Assembly: GCA_963674965.2 (NCBI GenBank)
Contig: CAXXFL010000001.1
Coordinates: forward strand, 64,001 to 128,000
DNA from: a bacterium
GTDB taxonomy: Bacteria > RBG-13-61-14 > DATKZS01
Direction: 5' to 3'
DNA: 64,000 nucleotides
The notes beneath the pieces are model-generated. The model saw nothing but the letters and a program-made list of their open reading frames with translations, did no database searches and was not told the DNA's origin. Both the position numbers and the translations under genes were made by a program. The stretch's first letter is position 1, and each line of letters opens with the position of its first letter. This document shows positions 33,248 to 42,493 of this stretch, piece after piece.

Positions 33248-33934
33248 TCAGCCCTGGGCCGGGCCTTGTTTCGCGTCCGCCGCTTTCTTCTGCTCCGCCT
33301 TCATCAGGGCGAAGACCAGGGCGGTCACGTTCTCGGGCAGCCTCGAGACCGGCCGGTTGGTGGAAAGGGCCAGGTAATAGGCCATGGCCACCTTGTCGAT
33401 GAGCTTGACGTTGATCATGGCCTTCTCGACGGTCCGCCCCAAAAGCAGACAGCCGTGGTTCTGCAGGATGAAGGCGTTGCATTCGTTGGCCACGGCCGCG
33501 CCGATGTTTTTTAAAAGTTCCTCGCTGCCCGAGAGGGCGTAGGGCACCAGGTCGATCCTGTCGCCCAGGTTGGCCACCTGCTCGTCGAAGATGGCCGGGA
33601 TCGGCTCCCCGATGAGGGCGAACATGCTGGGGTAGACCTGGTGGGTGTGGGCGATGGCGTTGACGTCGGGCCTTTTCTTGTAGACCTCGAGGTGCATGCC
33701 CGTCTCGAGGGACGGACGGTGCTCGCCCTCCACCACGTTTTTGTCGAAATCGACCACGCAGATATCGTCGTCCGTGAGGGTCAGGTAATCCATGCTCGAG
33801 GGAGTAATGGCCACGAGCTTCTCGCCCTCGACCAGCACGGAAATGTTTCCACCCGTCCCGACCAGGTATTTTTCCTCGGCCAGCTTTTTGGCGCACTCCC
33901 TCAAAATCGTTTTATATTTTTTAACGTTACTCAT
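33248..33934 (-). CDS. Class II aldolase/adducin family (fuculose-1-phosphate aldolase-like)
   Basis: GTGGNIS, ITPSS, PSLETGMH, HTH, LQNHG. Confidence 0.9.
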   Translation of the reverse strand: MSNVKKYKTILRECAKKLAEEKYLVGTGGNISVLVEGEKLVAITPSSMDYLTLTDDDICVVDFDKNVVEGEHRPSLETGMHLEVYKKRPDVNAIAHTHQVYPSMFALIGEPIPAIFDEQVANLGDRIDLVPYALSGSEELLKNIGAAVANECNAFILQNHGCLLLGRTVEKAMINVKLIDKVAMAYYLALSTNRPVSRLPENVTALVFALMKAEQKKAADAKQGPAQG

Positions 33935-33983
33935 TCTATCCTCCAAATATCTTTGCCAAACGGCTACTTACAAAATAATATCG

Positions 33984-33997
33984 ACTGACTGGTCAGT
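33984..33997. promoter_or_regulatory. Palindromic operator, likely bound by the operon's TetR
   Basis: ACTGAC-TG-GTCAGT just upstream of the aldolase; lies next to a minus-strand TTGACA (34021-34026)...TATAAT (33998-34003) sigma70-like promoter. Confidence 0.6.
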
Positions 33998-34319
33998 ATT
34001 ATAGGCAAAGAGGAAAGGCTTGTCAAGATAATTTTTTCAAAGGAAACGAAAGCGGCTGAATATAGGGAAAAGACCATCGCGGAAATTCAACCGCTTGGGC
34101 CTTTTCCATACTGGCTTTGCTTTTTAGGCGCGCGGGCGCCTTAACAATCAATCCATTCCGGAACTTCCCCCAATTTTAACCGTTTCACTCTTGGTTCCTT
34201 TTTTCATCCGGCAAGTTGTCCGCCACTCGAAGTGAAAATCATTCCTCGCCTCCTCGCGCGGATAGTCTGGGACGCCGCTGCAAAGGACGCGGCCGCCTCC
34301 CCCCGAAGGGGGGAAATTC

Positions 34320-34510
34320 GAGTAGCCGTAGGCTTTGGCCTACGGTGGGATTTGGCAAATATTCTTCGGCCCTGAAGGGGCCGGACTCGCGGCGACCTGG
34401 ATTGCCGACGCCCGGCAAGGTTCGCCCCCCGTAGGGGCGCCGAAGAAATTTTCGGCCACGCCTCCCGTAGGCTTGCGCCTACGGCTACTCTCGTTAAAGC
34501 CCTTCGGGCT
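34320..34510. repeat. REP-like inverted doublet with internal hairpins
   Basis: GAGTAGCCGTAGGC-TTTG-GCCTACGG at ~34320 and the inverted CCGTAGGC-TTGC-GCCTACGGCTACTC at ~34465. Confidence 0.65.
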
Positions 34511-34622
34511 TGGTCTTCGAAATATTTGCATACCGCCACGAACCGTACGTCTCAAGTTTTATAAATTGGGGAAGTCCACATCCATTCCTCTTGACGTCGG
34601 GAATGGGGACCTCTATACTAAT

Positions 34623-34649
34623 TATGTACGACTTGTACGTTATGTACGA
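34623..34649 (+). promoter_or_regulatory. Three 9-bp TGTACG-core direct repeats (candidate autoregulatory operator)
   Basis: TATGTACGA-CTTGTACGT-TATGTACGA directly downstream of TTGACG-N17-TATACT (34591-34619). Confidence 0.55.
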
Positions 34650-34663
34650 TTTGGGAGGAATGA

Positions 34664-35194
34664 ATGGCAAAGGCGAAAAAACTGGACGACAATTTGCAAA
34701 CCGATCATGGGAACAAGCAAAACCCGAGGTTTCAGGGCGTCACGCGCTACAAGGTCTCGACTTTCAGGGAGAATTTAAAGAGCATTCTGGATGAGGTCCA
34801 TTTGGGTAAAAGGGTCCTGATCGACGTCCGGGACACGCCTTACGCCTTTTTAATTCCCGCGGACGCCCCCGCCGCGCCAATGGGCGAATATGAAGACCAG
34901 CTTGCCTGCATTATATCCGAGCGGTTGCTCAAGGACGCTCCCATGCATATTCTAAGGCCGCAGATCGAAGAACTCGCCAGGCTCGAAAGGGAGGAACTTT
35001 TCGCTCTTATGGACATCGATAAGTTTCCCCTGCCCAGGGAGGTGAGGAAAAGGGTCCTCGCTAAATTGAAAAATCCCGAAATTTTGAAGCGGCTCGAGAA
35101 AAGGCGAAAAATTGTGGACTCGATCCTGGCCGCGAAACGCGACGGGCTTTACGAGGCCTCGGAACACGCCACGGGATTGCAGACCTTTGAATAA
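34664..35194 (+). CDS. Protein with a Phd/YefM antitoxin-like domain and extended C-terminus
   Basis: VSTFRENLKSILDEVHLGKRVLIDVRDTPYAFLIP fits the Phd/YefM pattern; GGAGG RBS. Confidence 0.6.
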   Translation: MAKAKKLDDNLQTDHGNKQNPRFQGVTRYKVSTFRENLKSILDEVHLGKRVLIDVRDTPYAFLIPADAPAAPMGEYEDQLACIISERLLKDAPMHILRPQIEELARLEREELFALMDIDKFPLPREVRKRVLAKLKNPEILKRLEKRRKIVDSILAAKRDGLYEASEHATGLQTFE

Positions 35195-35219
35195 TGGCCG
35201 CGCTCGCCATGGTTCCCAT

Positions 35220-36275
35220 TCAAAACCTCACGGGCCAGCCCGAGGGTTCGGCGGCGATGCCGGACCCCGTTTGCTCGGCCAGGCGCCGGGCGGCCAGGGT
35301 CGCGGCGACGGGTGAGGAGTCGATGCCGATCCAGTCCCGGCCCAGGCGGTGGGCGGCGGCTGCCGAGGCCCCGCTGCCCAGGAAGGGATCGAGCACCAGG
35401 TCGCCGGGGTCAGAGCTCGAGGAGACGATCCTCTCGAGAAGGGCCAGGGGCTTCTGGGTGGGATACCCGGTCCTCTCCCGGGCCTGGGAATGAACGTACT
35501 GGACGTCGGTCCACACGTCCCCCGCGGCCGACTTCCTCGGCTCGCGGCGGACCACGCGGCCGTAGCGGGAAAAGTCCAGCCTGCCCTCCTCGGCCGCCGC
35601 GTTGGCCTTTTCCTCGTCGTAGATCAAAAGCTGGAGCACCTTGCCCGAGGGACCTTTGACCTTGTTCACGTTCCAGCCCCGCTCGATCACCCGGGCCTGC
35701 GACTCGGTGGGATCGACGTAGGGCGCGTGGAACTTGACCTTGCCGCCGCCGCCGTAAAAGAGGATCACGTCGTGCATGCGCTGGAAGCCGGCCTGGGCGT
35801 TGGTCCATCTCCGGTAGTGCCAGACGATCTCGTTCTTGAAGTTTTCCCGCCCGAAGACCGAGTCCATGAGGAGCTTGAGGTAATGTCCGGCCGAGGGGTC
35901 GCAGTGGAGGTAAATCGAGCCCGCCGGCCTCAGGGTCCTTTTCATCTCGAGGAGCCTGGGCGCCATCATGGCCAGATAGGCCGCCATGTCGGACTTCCCC
36001 AGGAAATCACGCAGCGCGGCCAGGAGCTTGCCCGTCTCGCCTCCTTGGTTGACCGCCTCCTCGAAGGCGTCCCGCGCCCGGTCGTCCCATTTCCAGGCGT
36101 CGTCAAAGGCCTCGACCCGGACCTTCCCTTCCCTCCCCTTTTCCTCCAGGCTGGCGGCGTACTTGCGGTTGCTCTTGAAGGGAGGATCGAGGTAAATGAG
36201 GTCCACGCTCGAGTCGGCGACCTCGCGCCGGAGCACCTCGAGGTTGTCGCCCAGATGGATTGTCCCGGAGGGCAT
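35220..36275 (-). CDS. Solitary N6/N4 DNA methyltransferase (beta class)
   Basis: Start MPSGTIHLGDNL at 36275; DLIYLDPPF precedes YPTQKP...VLDPFLGSG. Confidence 0.9.
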   Translation of the reverse strand: MPSGTIHLGDNLEVLRREVADSSVDLIYLDPPFKSNRKYAASLEEKGREGKVRVEAFDDAWKWDDRARDAFEEAVNQGGETGKLLAALRDFLGKSDMAAYLAMMAPRLLEMKRTLRPAGSIYLHCDPSAGHYLKLLMDSVFGRENFKNEIVWHYRRWTNAQAGFQRMHDVILFYGGGGKVKFHAPYVDPTESQARVIERGWNVNKVKGPSGKVLQLLIYDEEKANAAAEEGRLDFSRYGRVVRREPRKSAAGDVWTDVQYVHSQARERTGYPTQKPLALLERIVSSSSDPGDLVLDPFLGSGASAAAAHRLGRDWIGIDSSPVAATLAARRLAEQTGSGIAAEPSGWPVRF

Positions 36276-37513
36276 CAGGACGCGGCCTTCTCCCGCCTCG
36301 GGTCGGGCGCGGCCTCGGCCTTGTCGGGAAGAAGCAGCCGGGCCAGGAAGGGACAGACCAGGCCCATGATGATGGCCATCAGAAGAAGGCTCCCCTGCAT
36401 CTCGGCCGACACGCCAATGCCCGCGTCGCCATGGCCCGCCTGGTGGGCCGACTCCGCCAGCGACGCCCCCACCTCGGCCACGGCCACCGTCAGCGTGAGC
36501 GGAGCGGCCAGCAACAGGCCCGCGGCCAGCACTTCCCTCAGCTTGAGGCCCACGCGGAGGAAGGCCAAGGAGGGAAAGACCTTGACCGACAAGGCCAATA
36601 GCGCCAGTACGCCCAGTTCCTCCCACCTGATGGACTTGAGGGTGGCAAAGGGATTGAAATGAGTGCCCACCACGATGAAGAAGAAGGGAACGAAAAAGCC
36701 CTGGCCCATGGCGTTGATCTTCTCGGCCACGACCTCCCTTTCCTGGAAGATGAACCCGAACATGGCCCCCGCCAAAAAGGCCCCGAGGATGGGCTCGACC
36801 TCGACGTAGGCCGACAGGGCCACGAAGATGAAAAGCAGGGCCACCGAGAGCCGGACGCCCAGCTCGAGGGGATCGGCGCCCGCCAGCACGGACTCCACCT
36901 TTTCCGGCGCCCACCAGATGATGAAACGGAAGACCCGGATCAAAAGGTAGGCCAGGATGAATATGCCCGCGAACTTGCCGATGGCCATGGCGAACATGGC
37001 GGGCTCGGGATACTTGGCCCGAAAGTCCAGCACGGTAAGGGCGAGGATGGACAGGGTCTCCCCGATCAGTCCCACCGCCAGGGTCACCTGGCCGATGGGC
37101 TCGGGCAGGAGCCGCTTCTCGCGAAGCAGAACGCTGGCCAAGCCTATGGAAACGGCGCACACGGCCAGCGTGGGCCAGGGGCCGATGCCCAGGTAAAGGG
37201 CCAGGGCGACCGAGGCCCCAGCCGCCAGGATGGTCCAGATCACGGCCGTGCCCAGGGTCTTGGAGCCTCTTTTGCGCAGCGGCGCGAAGTCGATCTCCAT
37301 GCCGGCGCTGAACATGAGGATGGCGAACCCGATCTGGGCCATGAGGTCGGTAAAGTCGGACTGGGATATAAGCTTCAGAACGCTGGGCCCGAGGGCCACG
37401 CCGTAGAGTATCTCGCCCACGGCGGAGGGCGCCCTGAGCCGCCTGGCGATCATGGGCAGGGCGAAGGCCCCGATGGCGATCCAGAAAAGGCTCGCGGCCG
37501 CGGCGGTGGTCAA
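36275..37513 (-). CDS. Cation:proton antiporter (CPA2/KefB-like)
   Basis: TTG start 37513; multi-TM; GEILYGVALGP, MFSAGMEID, ILGAFLAG, GFFVPFFFI. Confidence 0.88.
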   Translation of the reverse strand: MTTAAAASLFWIAIGAFALPMIARRLRAPSAVGEILYGVALGPSVLKLISQSDFTDLMAQIGFAILMFSAGMEIDFAPLRKRGSKTLGTAVIWTILAAGASVALALYLGIGPWPTLAVCAVSIGLASVLLREKRLLPEPIGQVTLAVGLIGETLSILALTVLDFRAKYPEPAMFAMAIGKFAGIFILAYLLIRVFRFIIWWAPEKVESVLAGADPLELGVRLSVALLFIFVALSAYVEVEPILGAFLAGAMFGFIFQEREVVAEKINAMGQGFFVPFFFIVVGTHFNPFATLKSIRWEELGVLALLALSVKVFPSLAFLRVGLKLREVLAAGLLLAAPLTLTVAVAEVGASLAESAHQAGHGDAGIGVSAEMQGSLLLMAIIMGLVCPFLARLLLPDKAEAAPDPRREKAAS

Positions 37514-39036
37514 TCTTCCTCTCCGGTGTAGGGCAGGACCATGACCGAGCAATCGACGCGGTCGAGTATCTCGAAGGTGATGTTCATCCTGGGCCAGAAG
37601 GACCTTCTTCCCTTCCGGTGGCCGAGGAGGAGGAGGTCGGAATCCTTCGCCAGCTCGACCACCTTCTTGATGGGGTTTCCCTCCACGTGGATGATGTTGA
37701 CGTGGTGCCGGTAAAGCGAGGACCTCTCGACCACCTTGTCGAGAATCTTCCTTTGCTCGGCCACCTCCTCCTCGCCCACGGCGAAGCGGGGCTCGGTGAC
37801 GGTGACGGCCCCCAGGGTGGCGTTGAAGAGCCTGGAGAGGTCTATCCCGAGCTGGGCCACGGCGTAGGGGCTGTTCTTGACCGACACCGGCGCCAGGATG
37901 TTCTTGTAAGGGTGAGACCCCCTCGAGACGAGCACGGGATACTGGGCCCTCTCGAGCACGCGGGTAAGGACGCTCGAGAGCATTCCCGTCCTGCGAAGCA
38001 GCCCGAGCCGTTTTTGGGATAAAACCACGCACCCGAAGTCCTGGGCCTGGCTGGACCGGCGCTGGGGATCGTCATCGTCGTGGAGGAAGTTGGCCATCTC
38101 GCAGGTCACCCCGACCCCGCCGCATATCCGTTCGGCCACCTCGAGGTCGGGCTCGGCCTGGCCCGGCAAATGAAGCATGACCACGCTGGTGGCCTTGGTG
38201 TTGGACGCCAGGTAATGGGACTCGGACACCAGGTCCTCGTTCGAGTCCTTCCCGCCCCCGGCCAGGACGCCGATGAGAGGGCCGTACTGGAGGGGAAACT
38301 CGGGCTGCCCCATTTTGAAGAAGTCGGCTATGCCGTTGAGCACGTGGGGCTCGCCGATAAGCACGACCCTGTCCCCCTCCTGGATCACCGTGTGGCCGTG
38401 GGGCACCACCAGCTTCTCGTTGCGGTAGATGGCGCCCACCAGCCAGGGCCGGGCCCGGTAGGTCGAGAGCGGCCTGCCCACCACGGGCGAGCCGGGCAAG
38501 ATGGGCACCTCGAGTATCTCGCCCTGCCCCAGGCCCACGTTAAGAGCGGTCCTGCGGTCCTGCAGCACCCGGGCCTCGAGGAAGGCCCCCAGCACCTTGG
38601 CCCGGTTCACCGTCTCGACCCCCAGCTTCTCGTACTCCTCGATCCGGCTCGAGCTGTGGATAAGGCCCAGCATCCGCTTGACCCCGAAGTTCTCCTTTAC
38701 GATGCGGCAGACCTCGACGTTGACCTCGTCCCGACGCGTCGTCGTCACCACCACGTCGTCCGGATTAAGTCCAAGCTCCTCCCAACTGATGCGGCTGGTG
38801 GCGTCCTTTTTCGCCAGCTCCGCCAGCCCCCCCAGCACCCGGTCCTTGGCCAGCTCGAACTTCCTTTCCTCGACGTCGAGACCGACCACCCGGGCGTGCT
38901 TCATCAGCCGGTATAAAAGCTCCCGGCCCGTCTGGCCCATGCCCACCACGAATATCCGCGGGCCCTGGACCTCCTCGGCCGCGGGCGCCTCCTCCTCGCC
39001 GGGGTCGCGAGGGTCCTTTAATATCTCGTCTTCCAT
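37510..39036 (-). CDS. TrkA-N/TrkA-C (RCK) protein fused to universal-stress-protein-like domains
   Basis: VVGMGQTG, SPVVGRPL...PHGHTVIQEGDRV; C-terminal ILAPV...GNP...DLLLLG...CSVMVLP. Confidence 0.8.
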   Translation of the reverse strand: MEDEILKDPRDPGEEEAPAAEEVQGPRIFVVGMGQTGRELLYRLMKHARVVGLDVEERKFELAKDRVLGGLAELAKKDATSRISWEELGLNPDDVVVTTTRRDEVNVEVCRIVKENFGVKRMLGLIHSSSRIEEYEKLGVETVNRAKVLGAFLEARVLQDRRTALNVGLGQGEILEVPILPGSPVVGRPLSTYRARPWLVGAIYRNEKLVVPHGHTVIQEGDRVVLIGEPHVLNGIADFFKMGQPEFPLQYGPLIGVLAGGGKDSNEDLVSESHYLASNTKATSVVMLHLPGQAEPDLEVAERICGGVGVTCEMANFLHDDDDPQRRSSQAQDFGCVVLSQKRLGLLRRTGMLSSVLTRVLERAQYPVLVSRGSHPYKNILAPVSVKNSPYAVAQLGIDLSRLFNATLGAVTVTEPRFAVGEEEVAEQRKILDKVVERSSLYRHHVNIIHVEGNPIKKVVELAKDSDLLLLGHRKGRRSFWPRMNITFEILDRVDCSVMVLPYTGEED

Positions 39037-39248
39037 CGAATTCTCCGAAGCTCTTTATAGCGATACGCCGGGCCGCCGGCGATAAAACCCTTCCTTTTCC
39101 CGTATCCCATAACTTTGTTATGTGGGCGAGTTTTACGAGCGGGTCATATGGCCTTACTTTAAAATCGCCGCGTCGTTCACGCGCGGCTTCAACTCGTCCT
39201 AATATATATCATGCCCGCCCAATAATCACCCCTCACGCCGGGGGGGTC

Positions 39249-39454
39249 CCGGATAGCTTTTGCCGTCTGGGCGCCGAAGGCGCGGGAAAGCGGGGTGGCC
39301 CGGATAGCTTTGCTATCTGGGCGCCGAAGGCGCGGGAAAGAGGGATGGCCCGGATAGCTTTTGCTATCTGGGCGCAGAAGGCGCGGGAAAGCGGGGTGGC
39401 CCGGATAGCTTTTGCTATCTGGGCGCAGAAGGCGCGGGAAAGCGGGGTGGCCCG
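39249..39454. repeat. Tandem array of four ~51-bp palindromic units
   Basis: CCGGATAGC-TTT(T)-GCTATCTGG plus GCGC(C/A)GAAGGCGC; unit starts 39249, 39300, 39350, 39401. Confidence 0.92.
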
Positions 39455-39468
39455 GCCGGTTTCGTAAG

Positions 39469-40300
39469 AAACCGCCCGGGTCCGGCAAAGCCGGATGGGT
39501 ACATTGGCTGGGTGAATGTAGACCGCGACGAAGATACGGCGGCCCGATTCATCGGGCTCCCGAGCGAGCTTTAGCGACGCGAGCTAATAGGCCCGCGCTT
39601 CAGCGCGGGTTGCTCGGTGGCCCGCGTTATCGATCAAGGGCGTTTTAACGTCCTTCTCGAGACGGACGCTTCAGCGGCCCGCTCCCCTGGCTCGACCCGG
39701 ACCGCGTCGCTCCTCGCGCCGTTCCCGGATAAATCCATATTAACGAGAAGCGCGTTGAAACGCGCTCCCGGAAAAAGATATCGGAGCGACCGGCAACCCG
39801 CGCTAAAGCGCGGGCCTGGAACTCGCCACGCTCGGAAGGCCGTTGAAACGGCCAAGGCGGAAAGCCGGGGCCGATTTTGTCAAAAACCGCCCGGGCCGGC
39901 AAAGCCGGATGGGTACATTGGCTGGGTGAAGTAGACCGCGACGAAGATACGGCGGCCCGATTCATCGGGCTCCCGAGCGAGCTTTAGCGACGCGAGCTAA
40001 TAGGCCCGCGCTTCAGCGCGGGTTGCTCGGTGGCCCGCGTTATCGATCAAGGGCGTTTTAACGTCCTTCTCGCGACGGACGCTTCAGCGGCCCGTTCCCC
40101 GGGCTCGACCCGGACCGCGGCGCTCCTTGCGCCGTTCCCCGGATAAATCCGTTGTCACGAGAAGCGCGTTGAAACGCGCTCCCGGAAAAAAATATCGGGG
40201 CGACCGGCAACCCGCGCTAAAGCGCGGGCCTGGAACTCGCCACGCTCGGAAGGCCGTTGAAACGGCCAAGGCGGAAAGCCGGGGCGGGTTTTGCCAAAAA
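39469..40300. repeat. Tandem duplication of a ~415-bp hairpin-rich unit
   Basis: AAACCGCCCGGG at 39469 and 39884; each unit has an inverted pair AGGCCCGCGCTTCAGCGCGGGTTGC / GCAACCCGCGCTAAAGCGCGGGCCT. Confidence 0.92.
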
Positions 40301-40742
40301 CCTCCACTCGGCCAAAAACCGTCCGGGTCTGGCGGTGCCGGATTGGCACGTCGGCATGATGGCGGAGACTCGTGGAAAGATGGAGTGACGAAAGGGACGG
40401 GGCGGAATACCCATCCCGCTCCGCGGGACCCGCGCGGTTTCTTCGAAACCGGACGGGCAACCCATTGGCGGGCGGGGTGATGGCCCGGATAGCTCCGCTA
40501 TCTGGGCGCCGAAGGCGCGGGAAAGAGGGCGACGGTCCACCGGGCGCGCGCATGTCAATCCAACGGCGCACTGAACGCGAGCTATCCGCGCCACCCATCG
40601 CCTGGGGCGGCCCTGTACCCATCCCGCTTCGCGGGACCCGCGCGGTTTCTTACGAAACCAGACGGGTCACCCATTGGTCACCCTAGTCCTCGTTTCACAG
40701 GCTGGATCAGCCGTGCTAAGATTTGTGCTGGGAGGACAAGAA

Positions 40743-41060
40743 ATGGAAGAGGAGAAACAAAACCAGCAGCGCCCGATCAACCTGGAGATTCAGGTGGACC
40801 CGGAGATGGAGGGCGGCCAGTACGTCAACATGGCGGTGGCCCAGCACTCGGGCTCGGAGTTCATCCTGGACTTCATCTTCATCCCGCCGGGCCAGCTCAA
40901 GGCCAAGGTCAAGTCTAGGATCATCCTGGCCCCGGAGCACGCCAAGCGTCTTCTTTACCTCATGAGCGACAACGTGAAGAAGTACGAGGGCCGCTTCGGG
41001 GAGATCAAGCTGGTCGAGCAGGGCCCAAGGCCCATGCCCGCTCCGCGCAATATCCAGTAG
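40743..41060 (+). CDS. DUF3467-family protein
   Basis: G.YVN.....HS.SEF.LDF...P....KVKSRII.APEHAKRL...L..N...YE..FGEI. Confidence 0.85.
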   Translation: MEEEKQNQQRPINLEIQVDPEMEGGQYVNMAVAQHSGSEFILDFIFIPPGQLKAKVKSRIILAPEHAKRLLYLMSDNVKKYEGRFGEIKLVEQGPRPMPAPRNIQ

Positions 41061-41073
41061 GAACGAGGACAAA

Positions 41074-42456
41074 ATGGCCAAGACGCCCTGGGGAGGAAGG
41101 TTCAAGGTCGGCGTGGACGACCTCATGCGAAGGTTTTCCGAGAGCGTTTCCTACGACCGGCGGTTGATCGATTACGACCTGACGGGAAGCGTGGCCCACG
41201 CCCGCATGTTGGGCGAGACGGGCATCGTCACTCGCGAGGAAGCCGGCCGTCTCGTCGCGGGCCTCGAGGAAATCCGGCGTGACCACGAGGCGGGCAGGAT
41301 CGAGTTCGACCCCGCCCTCGAGGACGTGCATATGAACGTCGAGTCCATTTTGCGCTCCAAGGTGGGCGAGGTGGCGGGCAAGCTCCACACCGCCCGCTCG
41401 CGCAACGACCAGATCAACCTGGACATGAGGCTGTATTTAAAGGACGCGATCGAGGCGGCCATGGACGGACTGGCCGCTCTTTGCCGCGCCCTGGCCGGGT
41501 CGGCCGAGGAGAATATCGGCGCCATCATGCCCGGCTACACTCATACGCGGAAGGCCCAGCCCGTGCCTTTTTCCCATCACCTTCTGGCCTACGTGGAGAT
41601 GTTCCTCCGCGACCGGGGCCGGATGGAGGACTGTCGGAGGAGGATGGACCTTTGCCCCCTCGGCTCCGGCGCCCTGGCGGGAACGACCTTTCCCATCGAC
41701 CGGGAGATGACGGCCCGGGAGCTGGGCTTCGCGGGCGTGACCCAGAACAGCATGGACGCCGTGGGCGACCGGGACTTTCTTCTCGAGTTTTTGTCGGCCG
41801 CCTCGATCGCCATGGTCCATCTCTCGCGGCTGATGGAGGAGCTCATCTGGTGGGGCCTGCCCGAGATAGGCTTCGTGAGCCTGCCCGAGAGCTTCTGCAC
41901 CGGCTCGAGCATGATGCCCAACAAGATGAACCCCGACGCGGCCGAGCTGGTAAGGGGCAAGACCGGCCGGGTGATCGGCTCCCTCAATTCCCTGCTGGTG
42001 ATAATGAAGGGCACGCCCCTGGCCTACAACCGTGACTTGCAGGAGGACAAGGAGGGGACCTTCGACGCCTCGGACACCCTCATCGACTGCCTCCTGGTAA
42101 CGGAGCGCCTGGTGGCGGGAATGAAGATCGACGCCGAGCGCATGCGCCGGGCCTGCTCGACGGGCTTCGTGCTGGCCACGGACCTGGCGGACTACCTGGC
42201 CGGGCGCGGCGTTCCCTTCCGCGATGCCCACGAGGTCTCGGGCAAGCTTGTTCGTCATTGCGAGGAGAGGGGGGTGGGACTCGAGGACCTGTCGCTCTCC
42301 GAGCTAAGGTCCTTTTCGGGGGCCTTCGAGGAGGACGTCAAAGACTGGCTCAGCCTCGAGGCCTCGGTAAACCGCCGTTCCCTGGTGGGCGGCGCCGCGA
42401 CTTCCGAGGTGGCTCGGCAAATTCAAAGGCTGAAGACCGTACTCGAGCCCTTGTAA
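41074..42456 (+). CDS. argH: Argininosuccinate lyase
   Basis: WGGRF, EDVHMNVE, LHTARSRNDQ, MPGYTH, GSSMMPNKMNPD, YNRDLQEDK. Confidence 0.97.
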   Translation: MAKTPWGGRFKVGVDDLMRRFSESVSYDRRLIDYDLTGSVAHARMLGETGIVTREEAGRLVAGLEEIRRDHEAGRIEFDPALEDVHMNVESILRSKVGEVAGKLHTARSRNDQINLDMRLYLKDAIEAAMDGLAALCRALAGSAEENIGAIMPGYTHTRKAQPVPFSHHLLAYVEMFLRDRGRMEDCRRRMDLCPLGSGALAGTTFPIDREMTARELGFAGVTQNSMDAVGDRDFLLEFLSAASIAMVHLSRLMEELIWWGLPEIGFVSLPESFCTGSSMMPNKMNPDAAELVRGKTGRVIGSLNSLLVIMKGTPLAYNRDLQEDKEGTFDASDTLIDCLLVTERLVAGMKIDAERMRRACSTGFVLATDLADYLAGRGVPFRDAHEVSGKLVRHCEERGVGLEDLSLSELRSFSGAFEEDVKDWLSLEASVNRRSLVGGAATSEVARQIQRLKTVLEPL

Positions 42457-42493
42457 CCCGGCATGAAACGATCTGACTTGACGGAGGTTGGAA

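Noticed and set aside
35220-38032. Long N-terminal extensions given in the ORF track for the MTase (646 aa) and antiporter (585 aa)
   Set aside because: Extensions overlap upstream genes in other frames; true starts are at 36275 and 37513
39249-39454. CRISPR array
   Set aside because: Contiguous ~51-bp units with no variable spacers
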